A stretch of DNA of 63,912 nt, filler included, from Collodictyon triciliatum (lineage: Eukaryota): NCBI GenBank assembly GCA_043381765.1. It is 6 parts of 6 records of this genome, joined end to end, with 100 filler letters (N's around TTAATTAATTAA, not from the genome) between each part and the next. Parts side by side here need not be neighbours in the genome. Positions count along the whole stretch, not along the records: positions 1 to 16,403 come from JBHJMP010001554.1; 5 more parts are not named here. One strand, 5' to 3'. Under the pieces are notes generated by a model. That model saw only the letters and a list, made by a program, of their open reading frames with translations, was not told the origin of the DNA and made no database searches. The first letter of the stretch is position 1, and each line of letters starts with the position of its first letter. The position numbers and the translations under genes are program-made. Positions 1 to 13,226 of the stretch are shown here, piece after piece.

Positions 1-93
<93 letters not shown>
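1..93. repeat. (TTA)n microsatellite, probably in a separase intron
   Basis: Perfect trinucleotide run. Confidence 0.95.
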
Positions 94-95
<2 letters not shown>

Positions 96-282
96 CATTC
101 TTGAACATAAATAAGTCACGTTGTGCATAGTTTACCATCATAAAAATCTCCACAACCCTTCTGAAATTAAGCTTACATACAGCATAGTAATCGACATTGA
201 TGATAATCTATAATGGGAAATGCACTGGATTGCCTTCATAAAATTCATGAACTAAATACGATTATTATTTTATAATTTGCAG

Positions 283-3200
283 GAGTTGGTTAATATTATC
301 GACGGAATCATACAAACCATGACAAATATTCCTCTACAGGAAAGACAACAATATAAAAAGTATGTTGAAAGTATCATTAAGGTTTTGTCCAGAGCCGCTT
401 ATAAATTGGACCCAAACATCGGTATGCCTTCTGTTTTTCTCCACACATATACCTTGTAATACAAATCGAGAGTCATGGCAGACATGAGGCGAACTTTGGT
501 CGAGTTTTGATTAAATCACAAGCACGCTCATATCTCACGTAATGAAATCTAGCTCATCAGCAAATAGCCACGATACAACTCAAATCATCCCGACTCCAAC
601 AAGTCATGGCGGGACAAGAAATTATCGTGCCAGTGGAAATTTTGTGCAAAGCACTCAATACACTTCACGATAAAGGTTATCCCCTTCACTCAGACTTGAA
701 ATACTTTTGTTAATTTCTTTTAACTGAATGAATGGCTCGTATGGTGATAAAGAGAGATATTTGAAAGTTTAACGAAAAAAAGGAGAATAAAACGGTAAAT
801 CATTCGTTCAAAATCACTCCAACAGGTTGTAAATCCATGGATGATGAGTACTGGGGTATTCTTAAGACTCACGCAAAGAAATTCTCCAGTATGAAGTTAG
901 TTGGAAGAACTTTCTCTCATGACGAGCAATTTTTTGCTTTATCATCTTTGACATGCTTCCTGATTTATCACAAGGTTTTATTTATAAATGATGGTGTACC
1001 TTGCTTTCTTATGTAAATACACGCTTATTCTAACCATATTTTCTATAAATTTAAAACTAAAAGTAATGCATATGGTTCATGTTGATGAATTGTTCTAAAA
1101 AAAGATAGGGGAGACTAAACTATTGAAGAATATTGCATCGATGATTCCTATTCAAGAGTGGATGGAGTCTATATCTGGGGTCAAGTCTATTCTTAAGATA
1201 GGCTCTGTATCTCTCTTTGACTCTGAGCAAGGTTTGCATATTTACCAAAATGGACTTTTGTTTCTGTTCAGTTATCTTACTTTGGCAAGAACATCTCATA
1301 TATTATTTGTTTGTAGGAATAACTATGAAAACCATCGACGAAATACGGTCGAACATATCGTGGATAAACTCTGACGTTTCTTTAGAGGGTATTGACGGGT
1401 TTTACTTTAGTGACCACCCAGCTCCCCTTTTATTGATGAAACTAATGAAGCAAGTAGATGAAATCCGAAAGCATGTCAGAACAGAAAAGAAGTAAGACTT
1501 ATATACATTTTCATTATTATTATTTTTACATATTACATTTCCCCATAGAAAAGATATTGTTTATGTTTCACTGTATTATTCACTACGAATTGGTAACGCA
1601 GACTTACATTTTCTATGTAATTTGGTAGAAGCATACAAGAACAAGAAACATGGGTACATTTCCTCGTTCTTTTAGTAAAACTTTCCCTCTGGATTAGGAC
1701 ATATCTCAACCCTTTACCCGAGAACTTGGTAAAAAATAATGATCCTAGAAAAATAAAATATCATACTTGTTGTCTATATTTTGTTGCATACTAAAATAAT
1801 TAGAACAAAGCTACCAGTAGTGTCCAATTAAATACTGATATTCATTTAGATATGCATGCTATACCCTTCGTCAAATCACTTTCGTGTGATTATCGGCGAT
1901 ATTCTCCAAGATTGCTCACAAGCATGCGTAGAATTCCACGTGCAAGCATCGTAAGAGAATCATGAATTCGTTGTAGCGTGTAGTAATTTACATTTTTGAA
2001 TTTTTCTTCCCTTTTTTTTTTAAGGCCTAAACAGTCTGAGAAGGAAAGTATCAGCTTTGCCAAGATGGGGTTTTCGCTATTGTCACATTGGCTTTCATAC
2101 ATACGGCAACAGCAGCCCACAAACAAAGAATTCCGTTGGATGGCATCCTCGTTAGTTTAATTTCAATTATATGGATTCTAATGTAGAAGACTTTTTTTTT
2201 TTAAAAAAAACTAAAACAAAACAAAACAACTTCTATTATGATATAGCTATACTATCAACATATATGCTTTCAAATTTTAAGTATTAAAATGACTTATTTT
2301 AAAAGTTTTTACAACTTCGGCATACACCTCTACAATAATGCATTTTTCGAGGAATCTGTTCAACCCCTGACCCACGCTTGCCTTTTGTATAAATTATGTT
2401 CAGAAACCGACGAGGTTTTTTTTTAACTTTGAACAACTAAGTCTCATTCTTATCTATTTTCAAAAAAGAAAAAAAGGGAGAAAAGAAATCGCCGTATTAT
2501 TTGAGGAAATTTATTAAAAAAAATTGAAATTCAGTATTGTAGTTGTAAAACTTTGCTATTTATTCTAGAGCGTTAAGAATGGTATCGGGAAACGATTTTA
2601 TTTCTTGGCTCATTCATGCTTGAAGTCAGGTCGCATTCAGGTATGAATAATTATTTTATTAATCTTGTTTGGAAGTACTACCACAACATAGATTTCGCAT
2701 TCTGACCGTGATACAAAAACTAATAAAAAAAAATTAAAAAAAATTCAAGATATTGATGACCACCTTTACTTTTTTTTTTTTATTGTAACATGGTGTCTAT
2801 TATAGTTTTTTCTTTGAAAAAATTCTGATAATTTTCAAAATTATATCTCATAGGAGGCACTGAAATCATCATCAGTAGGATACGTTCTGAGGTTGGGTGA
2901 ACTACAGAACCAGCCTTTCTGTGAAGCCGATGACATTTCAGGAATGCTATTGGATATTATGTTTCGAAGTTTATTCGAGCTATGTTTAGCCGCCAAAACG
3001 AATGAATTTGTACAAAATTATATTGCCTTACTATATCAACACATGTTATCTGCAACCTCAAACGAGATTTCTATTTCTGTTCTTTTGGATTTACTGGAGC
3101 ATTCTTTGTGGGAGTCCTCATCAAAAAATCGAGACATATTGAATGAAATCAGAAACACTATTCTTGAATATATTGGCAAAATTGTTGCCCAAACTTCCAA

Positions 3201-6200
3201 TCCAGTCCAATATATAAGGTATGTAAATACTAATTAATATTAAGATATATTTCATCAGCGGAGCCAAAAAAAAATCAAATGAAATTATTTTGCCTGAAGG
3301 TGGCTCATATGTGGTACTCATATCGAAAAGCACTGCAAAAACAACCCAAACGAAAAACTGCTATTTCAGAATGTGCAATACGGCACTCACTTTATAAAGG
3401 TGTGCACTTAATCAAAAATTGTATCTTATCGCTTCTTTTTTTTCTTTCACATTTCTCTCTTCAAATATAATAGCTATAGGGCCTCTTCTCTAAACCTGAT
3501 TTTCTAAATTTGTCGTTTTAATGTGTGTATTATTATATATCAGCAATCCTCAACATTACCAAAGTCACTCCAACATATATTCGGCATCATGATGGGGGCT
3601 TTGGGCGTATCAATAGTTGATATATTTGATGTAATCACTTTACATATCCTCCCTATTTTTCTCACTTATGCTCTTGATTATTTAACTAAAATGTGATATT
3701 TATGTATGAAGGATTTTATGTAACCAGCATACTCATTTTTAAGAAAAAAACAACAACATGTAATACAATCATGATTGGTGTTGTCGCTATTTTCTCGTAA
3801 ACCACCAACTTTAATGTATTTTGAAGGCTGGTTATTGGACTGAAGATGATGCCAATGAAGCAGCAGAAATTTTTGGGTATGACGAACTCAAGGAGAATAT
3901 CAGTATTGCTACTTTCAACAGTCTTCTGTCGTCCTTTAAGCCTTTTTTGCTTGCTATAAAAGAGTATGGGGCTTATGTGAAAGGTTTGATTCCTCAAATT
4001 CACCAACTGCGACACTATCACCTGACGAAAAAAAAATATACCCTTTCCCCGAAGAAGAGAAAGGCCTCGCACTTAGCTTGTTGCCAGTAGTGTTTCTAAA
4101 AATGAAACACGTAATATCTCAAGATTCACCGCACGAGGCCAAGGTGTATCTTTCAAAGTACTGGGATTTTCTCAAATATTACTACCGTAAGAATAAATAA
4201 CTATATTTCCATGGCTATGTATTCATGTATGCATAACTTCAAAACATCTTACAGATAATATATAAATGTATCAGTAAAATTGAGATAATTTTATATAAAT
4301 ACTTAGGAACACTTTGGGAGCAATCAATATTTCACGGATTCGTACATTTTTCATGTGAAATATCACAAAATCTTCTATCTTTGGCACAGTTCATGAACAG
4401 AGCAACAAACAAAGGTATATCACGGTTCAAAATGTTATTTCTACCGGAAACATATGATGTCTCTGCTCGTATGGAACACTTTTTTCTTAGTAACAATGAA
4501 TTTTCATCACAAAAGATTTGCTGAAATTCAAGGGAATGTACCTTTCTTCTCTAATTCGATGTGGAGACGCTAAAATGGCTTCCAGAGTCGTGGCCGACAT
4601 TCAATCAGATGAATCATGGCACACGAATGAGTTTATTGTTGCAACTATTTCCGACAATGACGTCTGCAAATTTGACGTGAATGCAAGGTTATTTCCCTTC
4701 CTATTTGCGTATTATGCAGTTAATTTAATCATTTTTGGAAAAATTGGGTGCTTAACGTTCCCATCTTGGAATATCCCAACATATCACTCATGTGGATGCA
4801 ATTTAACTATTTTCTCTGCAAAATAATAAACAATAATTAGGATACGCATGCTGTCAGAGGTTTTTCAAGTTTTTTCACAGAAGAAAAGAAAAACGGTATC
4901 AGATGCATGGAAAACTGCAATCCTAGCAATATCCTTGGCCAAGGCATTCCTGATCCAAGTGCTTATTAATCTTTCCTCCTGTTTAATAATCAAATATCAG
5001 TCGCCGATCCATATTTCTTCCTATTACTAAACTCTACGACTCTAAACATCAAATTCTTTCTTAACTCAAAACATGACCCAATTCATTTCGGTCAAAACTA
5101 TCATATTATTTTGTAAATAACTACATATCCTGCGATGGGTTTTGTAGTAGTATTTATCTTTTGGGCTATATGTAATGTGATAGTTATAGATATATGACTG
5201 GATTGACTTTGAATACACCAATCTTAGGGTTCTATCAACGAGTCACAAGAAGTTGTCACAACATGTGTTAGACAACTGTTGGGAATATTTGGACAGGCTA
5301 CGAGCCCTGACGCAGCAGAGAAATCAATGTCTCTTGAATACTCTGCGTCCAGCTATCATTTACTCCCAGTCTCAAATTATGCTTTCCACGAGGTATGACA
5401 TACTTTTGTCTTTCCTTTTTTTCGTAATGATTCCTTAACATCATGGCTATTTCCCCATACATAATTTTTCATTTGATAAAAAAAAAAAGTGAAAAATATT
5501 GACTTATATTTTTTTTTTTGTTTACACTACGCAAGGCTTTCAGAGAATGCTTCATGCTCCTGGGAAGGATATATGAACTTATGGGACGGTCATCTGAGTC
5601 GCTTCTTTATTACAGATATGGTAATTTACATAAAGAATGCTTATCAATTGACGCTCCCATCCTTCGGTCAAGAACAACGCACCTGAAGTTTAAATCCTTG
5701 AAACTTTGAACTTAACACAGGACTTGATTTGGGTATAAAAACCTTCAATCTGGATGTTTGTATATCATTCGCACTGCGTGTCGCAGGGATTCGCCAACGA
5801 ATGAAACATCATCAAAAGTCAAATTTATATCTTCGAAAAGTTTCGGCCTCCCTTGGCAATGTACAAAAAGACAATAATGTTACTTCTAAACACTCATTCT
5901 GAATCTACTTCACATCTACAAATTTGATAAGAGAAAAACACTCCTTTTATTTGGCTTATCTTTTTTTATTTCAAACCATGTATTACTTTGACTTTTTTGT
6001 TGCTTTTTTTTTCCACTTCATGACTTAAAATTTTACTTTATACTTTCACTGAACCTCTTTACTTCCAGGCTGCAATGTCGTGGCATCATTGGGCAGTTGT
6101 CAATCGAAAGTACGCGGTGCTAATGTTAAGAACAGCTGATAGTCTACTGGAGAGCACACACTGCGCCGAGGCATTACGAATATACGAGGATTTAGAGAAC

Positions 6201-9200
6201 TATCTGGTAAGCATCTACCAAACAAATGCCTCATTGAGCGAGCAAATAAGTGATAGGTATGTGATCATAATATATCAATCATTTCAAAAATGTACAATTA
6301 GCTTTGTTTTTGTGACATAGAAATGTATACCAAATAAAATTTGTAATGATAAACACATTTCACTAAATTGTTGGGGAAAAAATCGTTGATACAGAAACTC
6401 TCTCCCTCACAAGAATTTATCGAGAAAAACAACAAAAGGTCTGAATCGCAATTCATATTTTTTTCCTTTTATATCTAGAATCAAACCAGTCGGCCTTGTC
6501 GTTTGTAATTGATTTTGATTTCATTTAGTTTGTGACATAATTGAGTTGAATGCCTTATTGCACGAGCGTATCTATCCATTTGATTCATCTTTACTGGCAC
6601 GGGTTAAATGGCATAAATGTAGTGTTATCCTCATAATATTGTGACATACAATTGTGTTTGTTCCATAAATTTCACATACAATTGATATAGTGAAAAATCT
6701 TGATATACCCCTTGGAAAAATAAAAAGACAGGGGTTGCAGGGAGTTCATATATGGCATATAATTAATCATAATAATCACAGCGAAAGCTTTTACGTACAT
6801 CAAGGACTACGCAAATGCTCAAAAAATACTTGAAGATGCTTTATCCATTAGCTGTGACCCTCTAACAAGAGTATGTCGCCACCTTCTTAGTTTCTTGTCA
6901 AATTAATTTGTTTTTTGTTTTTTTGGTATATCATGCCTTGCTACGACCATCGTATTTTTAGACTACCTTTGTGTAGGAAAAATATCAAAATTCACAAATA
7001 TGCACAGGCTTTCTGTTCTTTCAAAATGGCGGAACTCAGTTTCTCACGGCTCTCTCTCGACGGGTTACTCGCCGATGTATGGGCTTATCGGCCTGTCAAT
7101 AAACAATTTGGAGGTAACCTCATATTGAAAAACGATAGTTTTTAAATATATATGCTATATGTGTAAAGAAAGAATATAATTATACGGTATAGTCTTAATT
7201 AAAGTATTTTTTTAAAAAAAATTACCTAAATTCAATACCCCTTGATTATACCCTTACGATGCAGTCACTAGCTCCGGGAAAAAAGGGTATCGACAAACCA
7301 GAACGCCTAAAAAACCACAAAATACGGTTATATCAGTCGAACAAGTGCGCATTCAGTTCCTAGATTCGTATGATTTGTTCTCTAAACTGAACCTTGCAAA
7401 AGTAAGACTCAATTTCATAATAATCATCGACTTAACGAAATACGATTATTGCCTTTTACATGAATACTTCCATCGCAGCACATGTTTTTATTTTCTTTTA
7501 TAATACAAACACAATCTTGTTTATCTCCTTAATTGTGTCTGGGCAGGTTGTATCGAAGCTCCTCTCTTTTGTTTCATGTACATATGGACGGCTTGATGCT
7601 GCTTCATGTTCTTATTATCAACGTAAGAGCGTTTCAAATACCATATTAGAATATCATCCTTATACAAAATACTATTGATCTATTTCGTGGAACTCAATGA
7701 ATCCTAGATATCCCGTCATAAACTGGTGTTGTATTTGTTACATATTGCAGTATCATTTAATTAGTTGAAACGAAGAACAAAAAACAAACAGTGATTGTGA
7801 TTCCCATATACAAGGGCTAATGACGACTCATCGAATCATACAACTGTCTCGTAGATATGTATCTTCTAACAGAAAATATCTAAATGAATAGAAATGTCCT
7901 TTTTCATCGGCCATGGACATTTATTGACTGAGCGTCTGTCAAGGAAAGAAGCCGATAGGGGTATTTGCACAACTGTGGTATCTCTTGATGACACTCCAGC
8001 TTCCTGTCCGAATGACATTGAGCGCACCACGTCAAAGCTGTCAAGTCTGTCCTTAGTGGATATTGGCTCCGAGACAACTCCAAGCAGGTCGCCCGTGAAG
8101 CGCGCCAAGTCTTTGAGTGCATCTGAACCAACTGGAGCGGAACTCCCACCATCACACAGGCTGACTGCATTGCAAAGTAACGAAATCAAGTCTATCATCC
8201 CGGATAATTGGACTGTTTGCGGTCTATCAATTTCTCCAGATTCAAAGGCCATGGTGGTAAGTCGTCTGACGAAGTCACGCCCAACGCTTGTTTGGACCAT
8301 CCCCTTCCCGCTCACTACAAATTCGAGCTATCAGAGCCTCATGAACGAGTTTCAAGCTCTCATGGACGAAGTAAGTACCTTTATATTTGTTTTTTTTTTG
8401 TATTTTTTTGTATTTTTTTGTATTTTTTTTGTATTTTTTGTATTTTTTGTATTTTTTGTTTTTTTATTGTTTTTTATTGTTTTATATTGTTTTATATTGT
8501 TTTATATTGTTTTATATTGTTTTATATTGTTTTATATTGTTTTTATATTGTTTTTATATTGTTTTTATATTGTTTTTATATTGTTTTTATATTGTTTTTA
8601 TATTGTTTTTATATTGTTTTTATATTGTTTTTATATTGTTTTTAATATCGGATAGATATGAAGGAGCCTTGAAATGAGCTCATTCTCATGTATAACCACA
8701 AAATTAAGAACACCTTTTTTTAAAAAAAAAAATGCATCCTATTACTTTCTATTATTGCAGCATTTGTTTTTCTTTTGTTTGCGTTTATTGTAGTTTTTCC
8801 CTTCAATTATTTTGTATTGCCGATTGTTATATGTTAAACGCTAGTTAATCCTTGGAACAGAGCAAAGAAACAATACAGAAGTCAGGGTCCTCAGACGGAG
8901 AAGAACACAGGTCGGCTTGGTGGAAGAAAAGAACTGCACAAAATGAAAAGCTCCAAAAAATATTAAATTCCATAGAAAATGATTGGTTTGGACCGTGGAA
9001 GGTGCTTTTTTTTTTTATCATTTAAATGAAAAAGAATCCCCTCAAATTGTCTGATATGGCGAATACGATTGCTCCATGAATTTAATATTTGTGTTTGGTA
9101 TATGGGATAATTATAGTCAATTATATGCTCATCGAATAAAGGGAAAAAAAATAGTCAATTTTATCCTCATCTCCATGTTTCTGTAATACTGTCCCAAATC

Positions 9201-10543
9201 ATGTGTCCCTCTGAATAGATTTTACCCCAGTGTATTGAAGAGTTTTTTTGTAGATAGAATGCATGTTTCTTAAATAGTATTACTACGCAGGGTATCTTCC
9301 TCGGAATTGAATGTTCAAGCACAACTTCAGTGGCAAGTGCATCGTCCGATTCGTGCTCCGACATCACCGAGTATATACGAGTTATTCAAGGAAGTTACCA
9401 GCATCTGAGTGAATCTCAAGTGGGAGAAGCCATCGACCAAATTACAAACGCCGGTGTCTATGACTATGCCACGGTTTCCCGAATGGTTAAGCAGGTATGC
9501 ATATAGCTCGATGATTGGTTTGGTCCTCTTTCCTTCATATGAAAAGAAAAGAAGTATGGCATTAAACATCAGCACTAACTTGCTTGATATACTTATTTAA
9601 TCCCCTTGTATATGAAGCCTACTCTTTATTCTTGAATCAATCGCAAAACAATCATCCATTTAAAGTGCGCAATATTCGGCGGTGTTAATGTATTTGTATA
9701 TATGTATAATGCACATGAATCGCAGCCACGGCCGGACATAGCGGAAGAATCAAACGCAGCCCAGCCGAAGCCACCAACCCAAAAGAGGGCTGCCACCCGG
9801 AGAACGTAATTTGATTATGACTGTTATTTATTTTATTTATTTTTTATTTACATGGAATAAAATTTATGCAACAACTTTCAGAACCAGCAAGTGAGTGGTA
9901 TATGCATGAAATAACCTAATAATCTTCGCATGATGAGCGCGCGAATGAACCACATTTTTTTCTTCTTCTTGTTTGACTGCGTGGGAATAACGTATCTGCA
10001 GAGTTTGCACCGAAACACGACCGCCGATGGAACACAACCCTGCACGAAACAGCGCAAAACATGGTGATGCATCAAAGCGCGGGCCAGTCATTCTCATCCT
10101 GGACGAGCCTCTTCACCAAATCCCGTGGGAGTCGCTCCCCATCATTTCATCGGCCATGCAGCCTGTCACCCGGCTGCCGTCCTGGGCGTTTCTCCAAACG
10201 CTCCTGCAAACGAGTGAACCCCGCTTCCAACACCCAATTCCACGCCCTCGCACAGTCGGCTATGTTTTGGATCCGGCTGGAGACTTGGTCCGGACGAGGC
10301 AGACGTTCCAACCGATCTTTGAGAGGTGCGATATCATATTCCTATTTACTCTCTTGTATTACACTTTTCTTACGTTGTTGGCCGTGGTTTAAATCGCGGT
10401 CCTATGTGTAATCCGCCCTGCTTGCAGTCAAAAAGAGTGGCGTGGGTTTGTCGGCCACACTCCAAAGTCTGAAGAGTGTCGCAACCTCCTCGAGACATGT
10501 GATGCATACATGTGGGTTTTCTTTCCTTTTGCTTCTTTTCATA

Positions 10544-10638
<95 letters not shown>

Positions 10639-11574
10639 NNNNNNNNNNNNNNNNNNNNNNNNNNNNNNNNNNNNNNNNNNNNNNNNNNNNNNNNNNNNNN
10701 NNNNNNNNNNNNNNNNNNNNNNNNNNNNNNNNNNNNNNNNNNNNNNNNNNNNNNNNNNNNNNNNNNNNNNNNNNNNNNNNNNNNNNNNNNNNNNNNNNNN
10801 NNNNNNNNNNNNNNNNNNNNNNNNNNNNNNNNNNNNNNNNNNNNNNNNNNNNNNNNNNNNNNNNNNNNNNNNNNNNNNNNNNNNNNNNNNNNNNNNNNNN
10901 NNNNNNNNNNNNNNNNNNNNNNNNNNNNNNNNNNNNNNNNNNNNNNNNNNNNNNNNNNNNNNNNNNNNNNNNNNNNNNNNNNNNNNNNNNNNNNNNNNNN
11001 NNNNNNNNNNNNNNNNNNNNNNNNNNNNNNNNNNNNNNNNNNNNNNNNNNNNNNNNNNNNNNNNNNNNNNNNNNNNNNNNNNNNNNNNNNNNNNNNNNNN
11101 NNNNNNNNNNNNNNNNNNNNNNNNNNNNNNNNNNNNNNNNGGTTTTTTGGTTTTTTGGTTTTTTGGTTTTTTGGTTTTTTGGTTTTTTGGTTTTTTGGTT
11201 TTTTGGTTTTTTGGTTTTTTGGTTTTTTGGTTTTTTGGTTTTTGTTTTACAAGTCTGCACCAACACAATTAGGCAAAAAGAAAGAAAAAGAACAAAGAAT
11301 GAACCCTAGCCAGTAATTATTCTATCACACACAAACCAGCCCCGCTGTGATTGCAAACCTGTGGGACGTGACGGACCGCGACATCGACCGCTTCGGCAAG
11401 CACCTGATCGAAAGCCAATTCATGCCGGAGAGCAGCAGCATTAGGAACAGCAACGCTGGTGTCCGCGCCGACTTGGCTGCGGCTGTGCAGAGCGCCCGAC
11501 AAGAGTGCCGCATGCGCTTCATTATCGGCGCCGCCCCCGTCTATTACGGCCTGCCACTCAAGTGGGCAGACTGA
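283..11574 (+). CDS. ESP1: Separase (peptidase C50), multi-exon; 5' end lies outside the window and the catalytic His/Cys exon(s) fall in the N gap at 10639-11140
   Basis: Spliced exons give the separase motifs SAWWKKRTAQNEKLQKILNSIENDWFGPWK|GIFLG (8881-9001), PVILILDEPLHQIPWESLP...PVTRLPS...GYVLDPAGDLVRTRQTF (10027-10325) and PAVIANLWDVTDRDIDRF...ARQECRMRFIIGAAPVYYGLP* (11340-11574). Upstream GT-AG exons encode the long helical N-terminus. Confidence 0.95.
8388..8645. repeat. (TTTTATATTG)-type tandem repeat in a separase intron
   Basis: 9-11 nt T-rich units starting shortly after the donor at 8371. Confidence 0.95.
10544..11243. repeat. (TTA)n and (GGTTTTTT)n repeats flanking an N gap inside separase
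   Basis: Direct reading. Confidence 0.9.
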
Positions 11575-11931
11575 GTGCCTTCTCACGCGCCTGTAATATT
11601 CTCTGCGGAGGCAGAAGCCCCATAAACACGGCAGCCATGCAGCCAGCGCGGATTCATTTCCTGCCCTGTGGCCGCGCAGATTCATCTGTTGCCCTTACCC
11701 GGCTCCGTCGGGCTGAGGCAAAAGCGGGAGCAAAGGCAGAAGCAGGCTGGCCTTCTGATTCATCTGCCGTGTGGGCAGCGGATCGGACTGCGTCGGGTTC
11801 TGCCTGCCGAGTAGAGTAGAGTAGAGTAGAGTAGAGTGTGTGGAGGCGTTTATTGTGCAGTGGGGTGGGAAACCGCGTGGGCCGTGTGCTGCAGCAGAGT
11901 CGCTTCGACGGGCGGGCGGGCCTGGGCAGGT

Positions 11932-12438
11932 TTACTTGGTGGCGGGAGCCTTCTCGGCGGGCTTCTCGTTGGAGTTGGGCTTGCGCTTGACTCCGGGGAT
12001 GGCGTTGACGTAGCGCGAGTTGTAGACGATGCGCTTCTTTGCGCGGCCGGTTCTCTTCTTGCGCTTCTCTTGCTTGGCGACCTTGGGGGTTTGAGCGCGG
12101 ACTTTACCGGCACGGGAGAGGGAACCGTGGACTTTGCCTGGGGTGTAGCGGCGTTTGCAGTTAGGTTTTGTTTTGTTTTCTGTCGGGTGTTTCTTTTGCT
12201 TCTTATTTTCTGTTTCTTGTTTGGCCTGGCCCAGCCTCGCAGGAAGGCTTTGCGCAGGAGCTTTAGTTATGTTCTGGGCAAGGGAGAGAGGTCGGTGGAA
12301 CGAGAGCAGGCTGGCTGGGGTTCTGTTTCGAGAGTGTGTGCGTCTGTGTCTCTTGTTTGAAGTGTGTGGGGCTGTTGCTGGGAAGGGAAATGGAAAGAGA
12401 GAGAAAGAATAAAAAAAAATAAAAAGAAACTAACCCAT
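11932..12438 (-). CDS. RPS30: 40S ribosomal protein S30 (eS30), no ubiquitin-like leader; exons 12438-12435 and 12137-11932
   Basis: ATGG|gttagt...cccag|GC gives [69 protein letters not shown]. Confidence 0.97.
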
Positions 12439-13226
12439 GTTTTCTGTCTGGAGGTCTGTGGTGGTTGTCTTGGGTGAACAACTGCGGCTGTGCGGCGGAT
12501 TAGTGCGGGTGAGAGAAGGTTTGATTCATGAGGCGAAAATTTCCCTTCACAGTGGGGGATTCTTGGACACTAATATTCAAGTCCGGTGGCAAACGGAGCG
12601 CAAGGGTGGTAGAGCGATGCAGAAAGGGAGAGAAAAGAAAGTCGACAGGGAAAAAAAAATTGCTCTTCCTAATTGGGTGTGTGATTGGCATTTGAATATA
12701 CGCGATGGCATTGAATGATTTAGAAGAAGGCACTAATACAGATTGAATGCGTTTTGGTAACGCGTTGGTTTGAACCTTGTGGTTAGTTGCTATTCTGGAA
12801 TATAAATCTGGAATATAATGTAAAGCTATATTTGTGTCAGCGTTTATGAGTATCTCGCGATTTTTCTGCAATATTTGTATCACCGAAATGGATGCAGAGA
12901 AGCGCGTGCATAAATTACCAACATTTGAACCAGTCGTGTCTTCCTGTATGATTAATGGCACTCCAACATGGGTTTCTAGGAATCAACTCGGAACGGGCTT
13001 CGTTTGATAACCAGTCACTGGATTGTGGATAATTCCAATTACAAATGCTCATATTGTGAAATTGTGAAATCTTCTTCGGCCAAAGGTTCTCAATTGGAAA
13101 AATTATGACTGTTGAAATAAACTCCACATATAGGATGAATGATTTTATTAATTCTTTTAGGTTTGGCACCACCAGCTTGTCAGGCCAACAAAGGGAGAAG
13201 CCAATACAGGACTGGCTAAGGTGGTT

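Noticed and set aside
4944-4960. Possible GC-AG intron in separase (AAG|GCATTC)
   Set aside because: An in-phase GT donor (CAA|GTGCTT) lies 15 nt downstream.
11141-11243. (GGTTTTTT)n as a telomeric repeat
   Set aside because: It is intronic within separase and is one of many T-rich microsatellites.
8208-11316. F/Y/L/I-rich and X-containing ORFs in the track (also at 36252-36694 and 57082-58288)
   Set aside because: They are translations of microsatellites and N gaps.
12500-13172. Minus-strand ORFs of 153 and 85 aa
   Set aside because: No motifs; the region is better explained as the RING-DUSP 3' UTR (AATAAA near 13150) and the RPS30 promoter.
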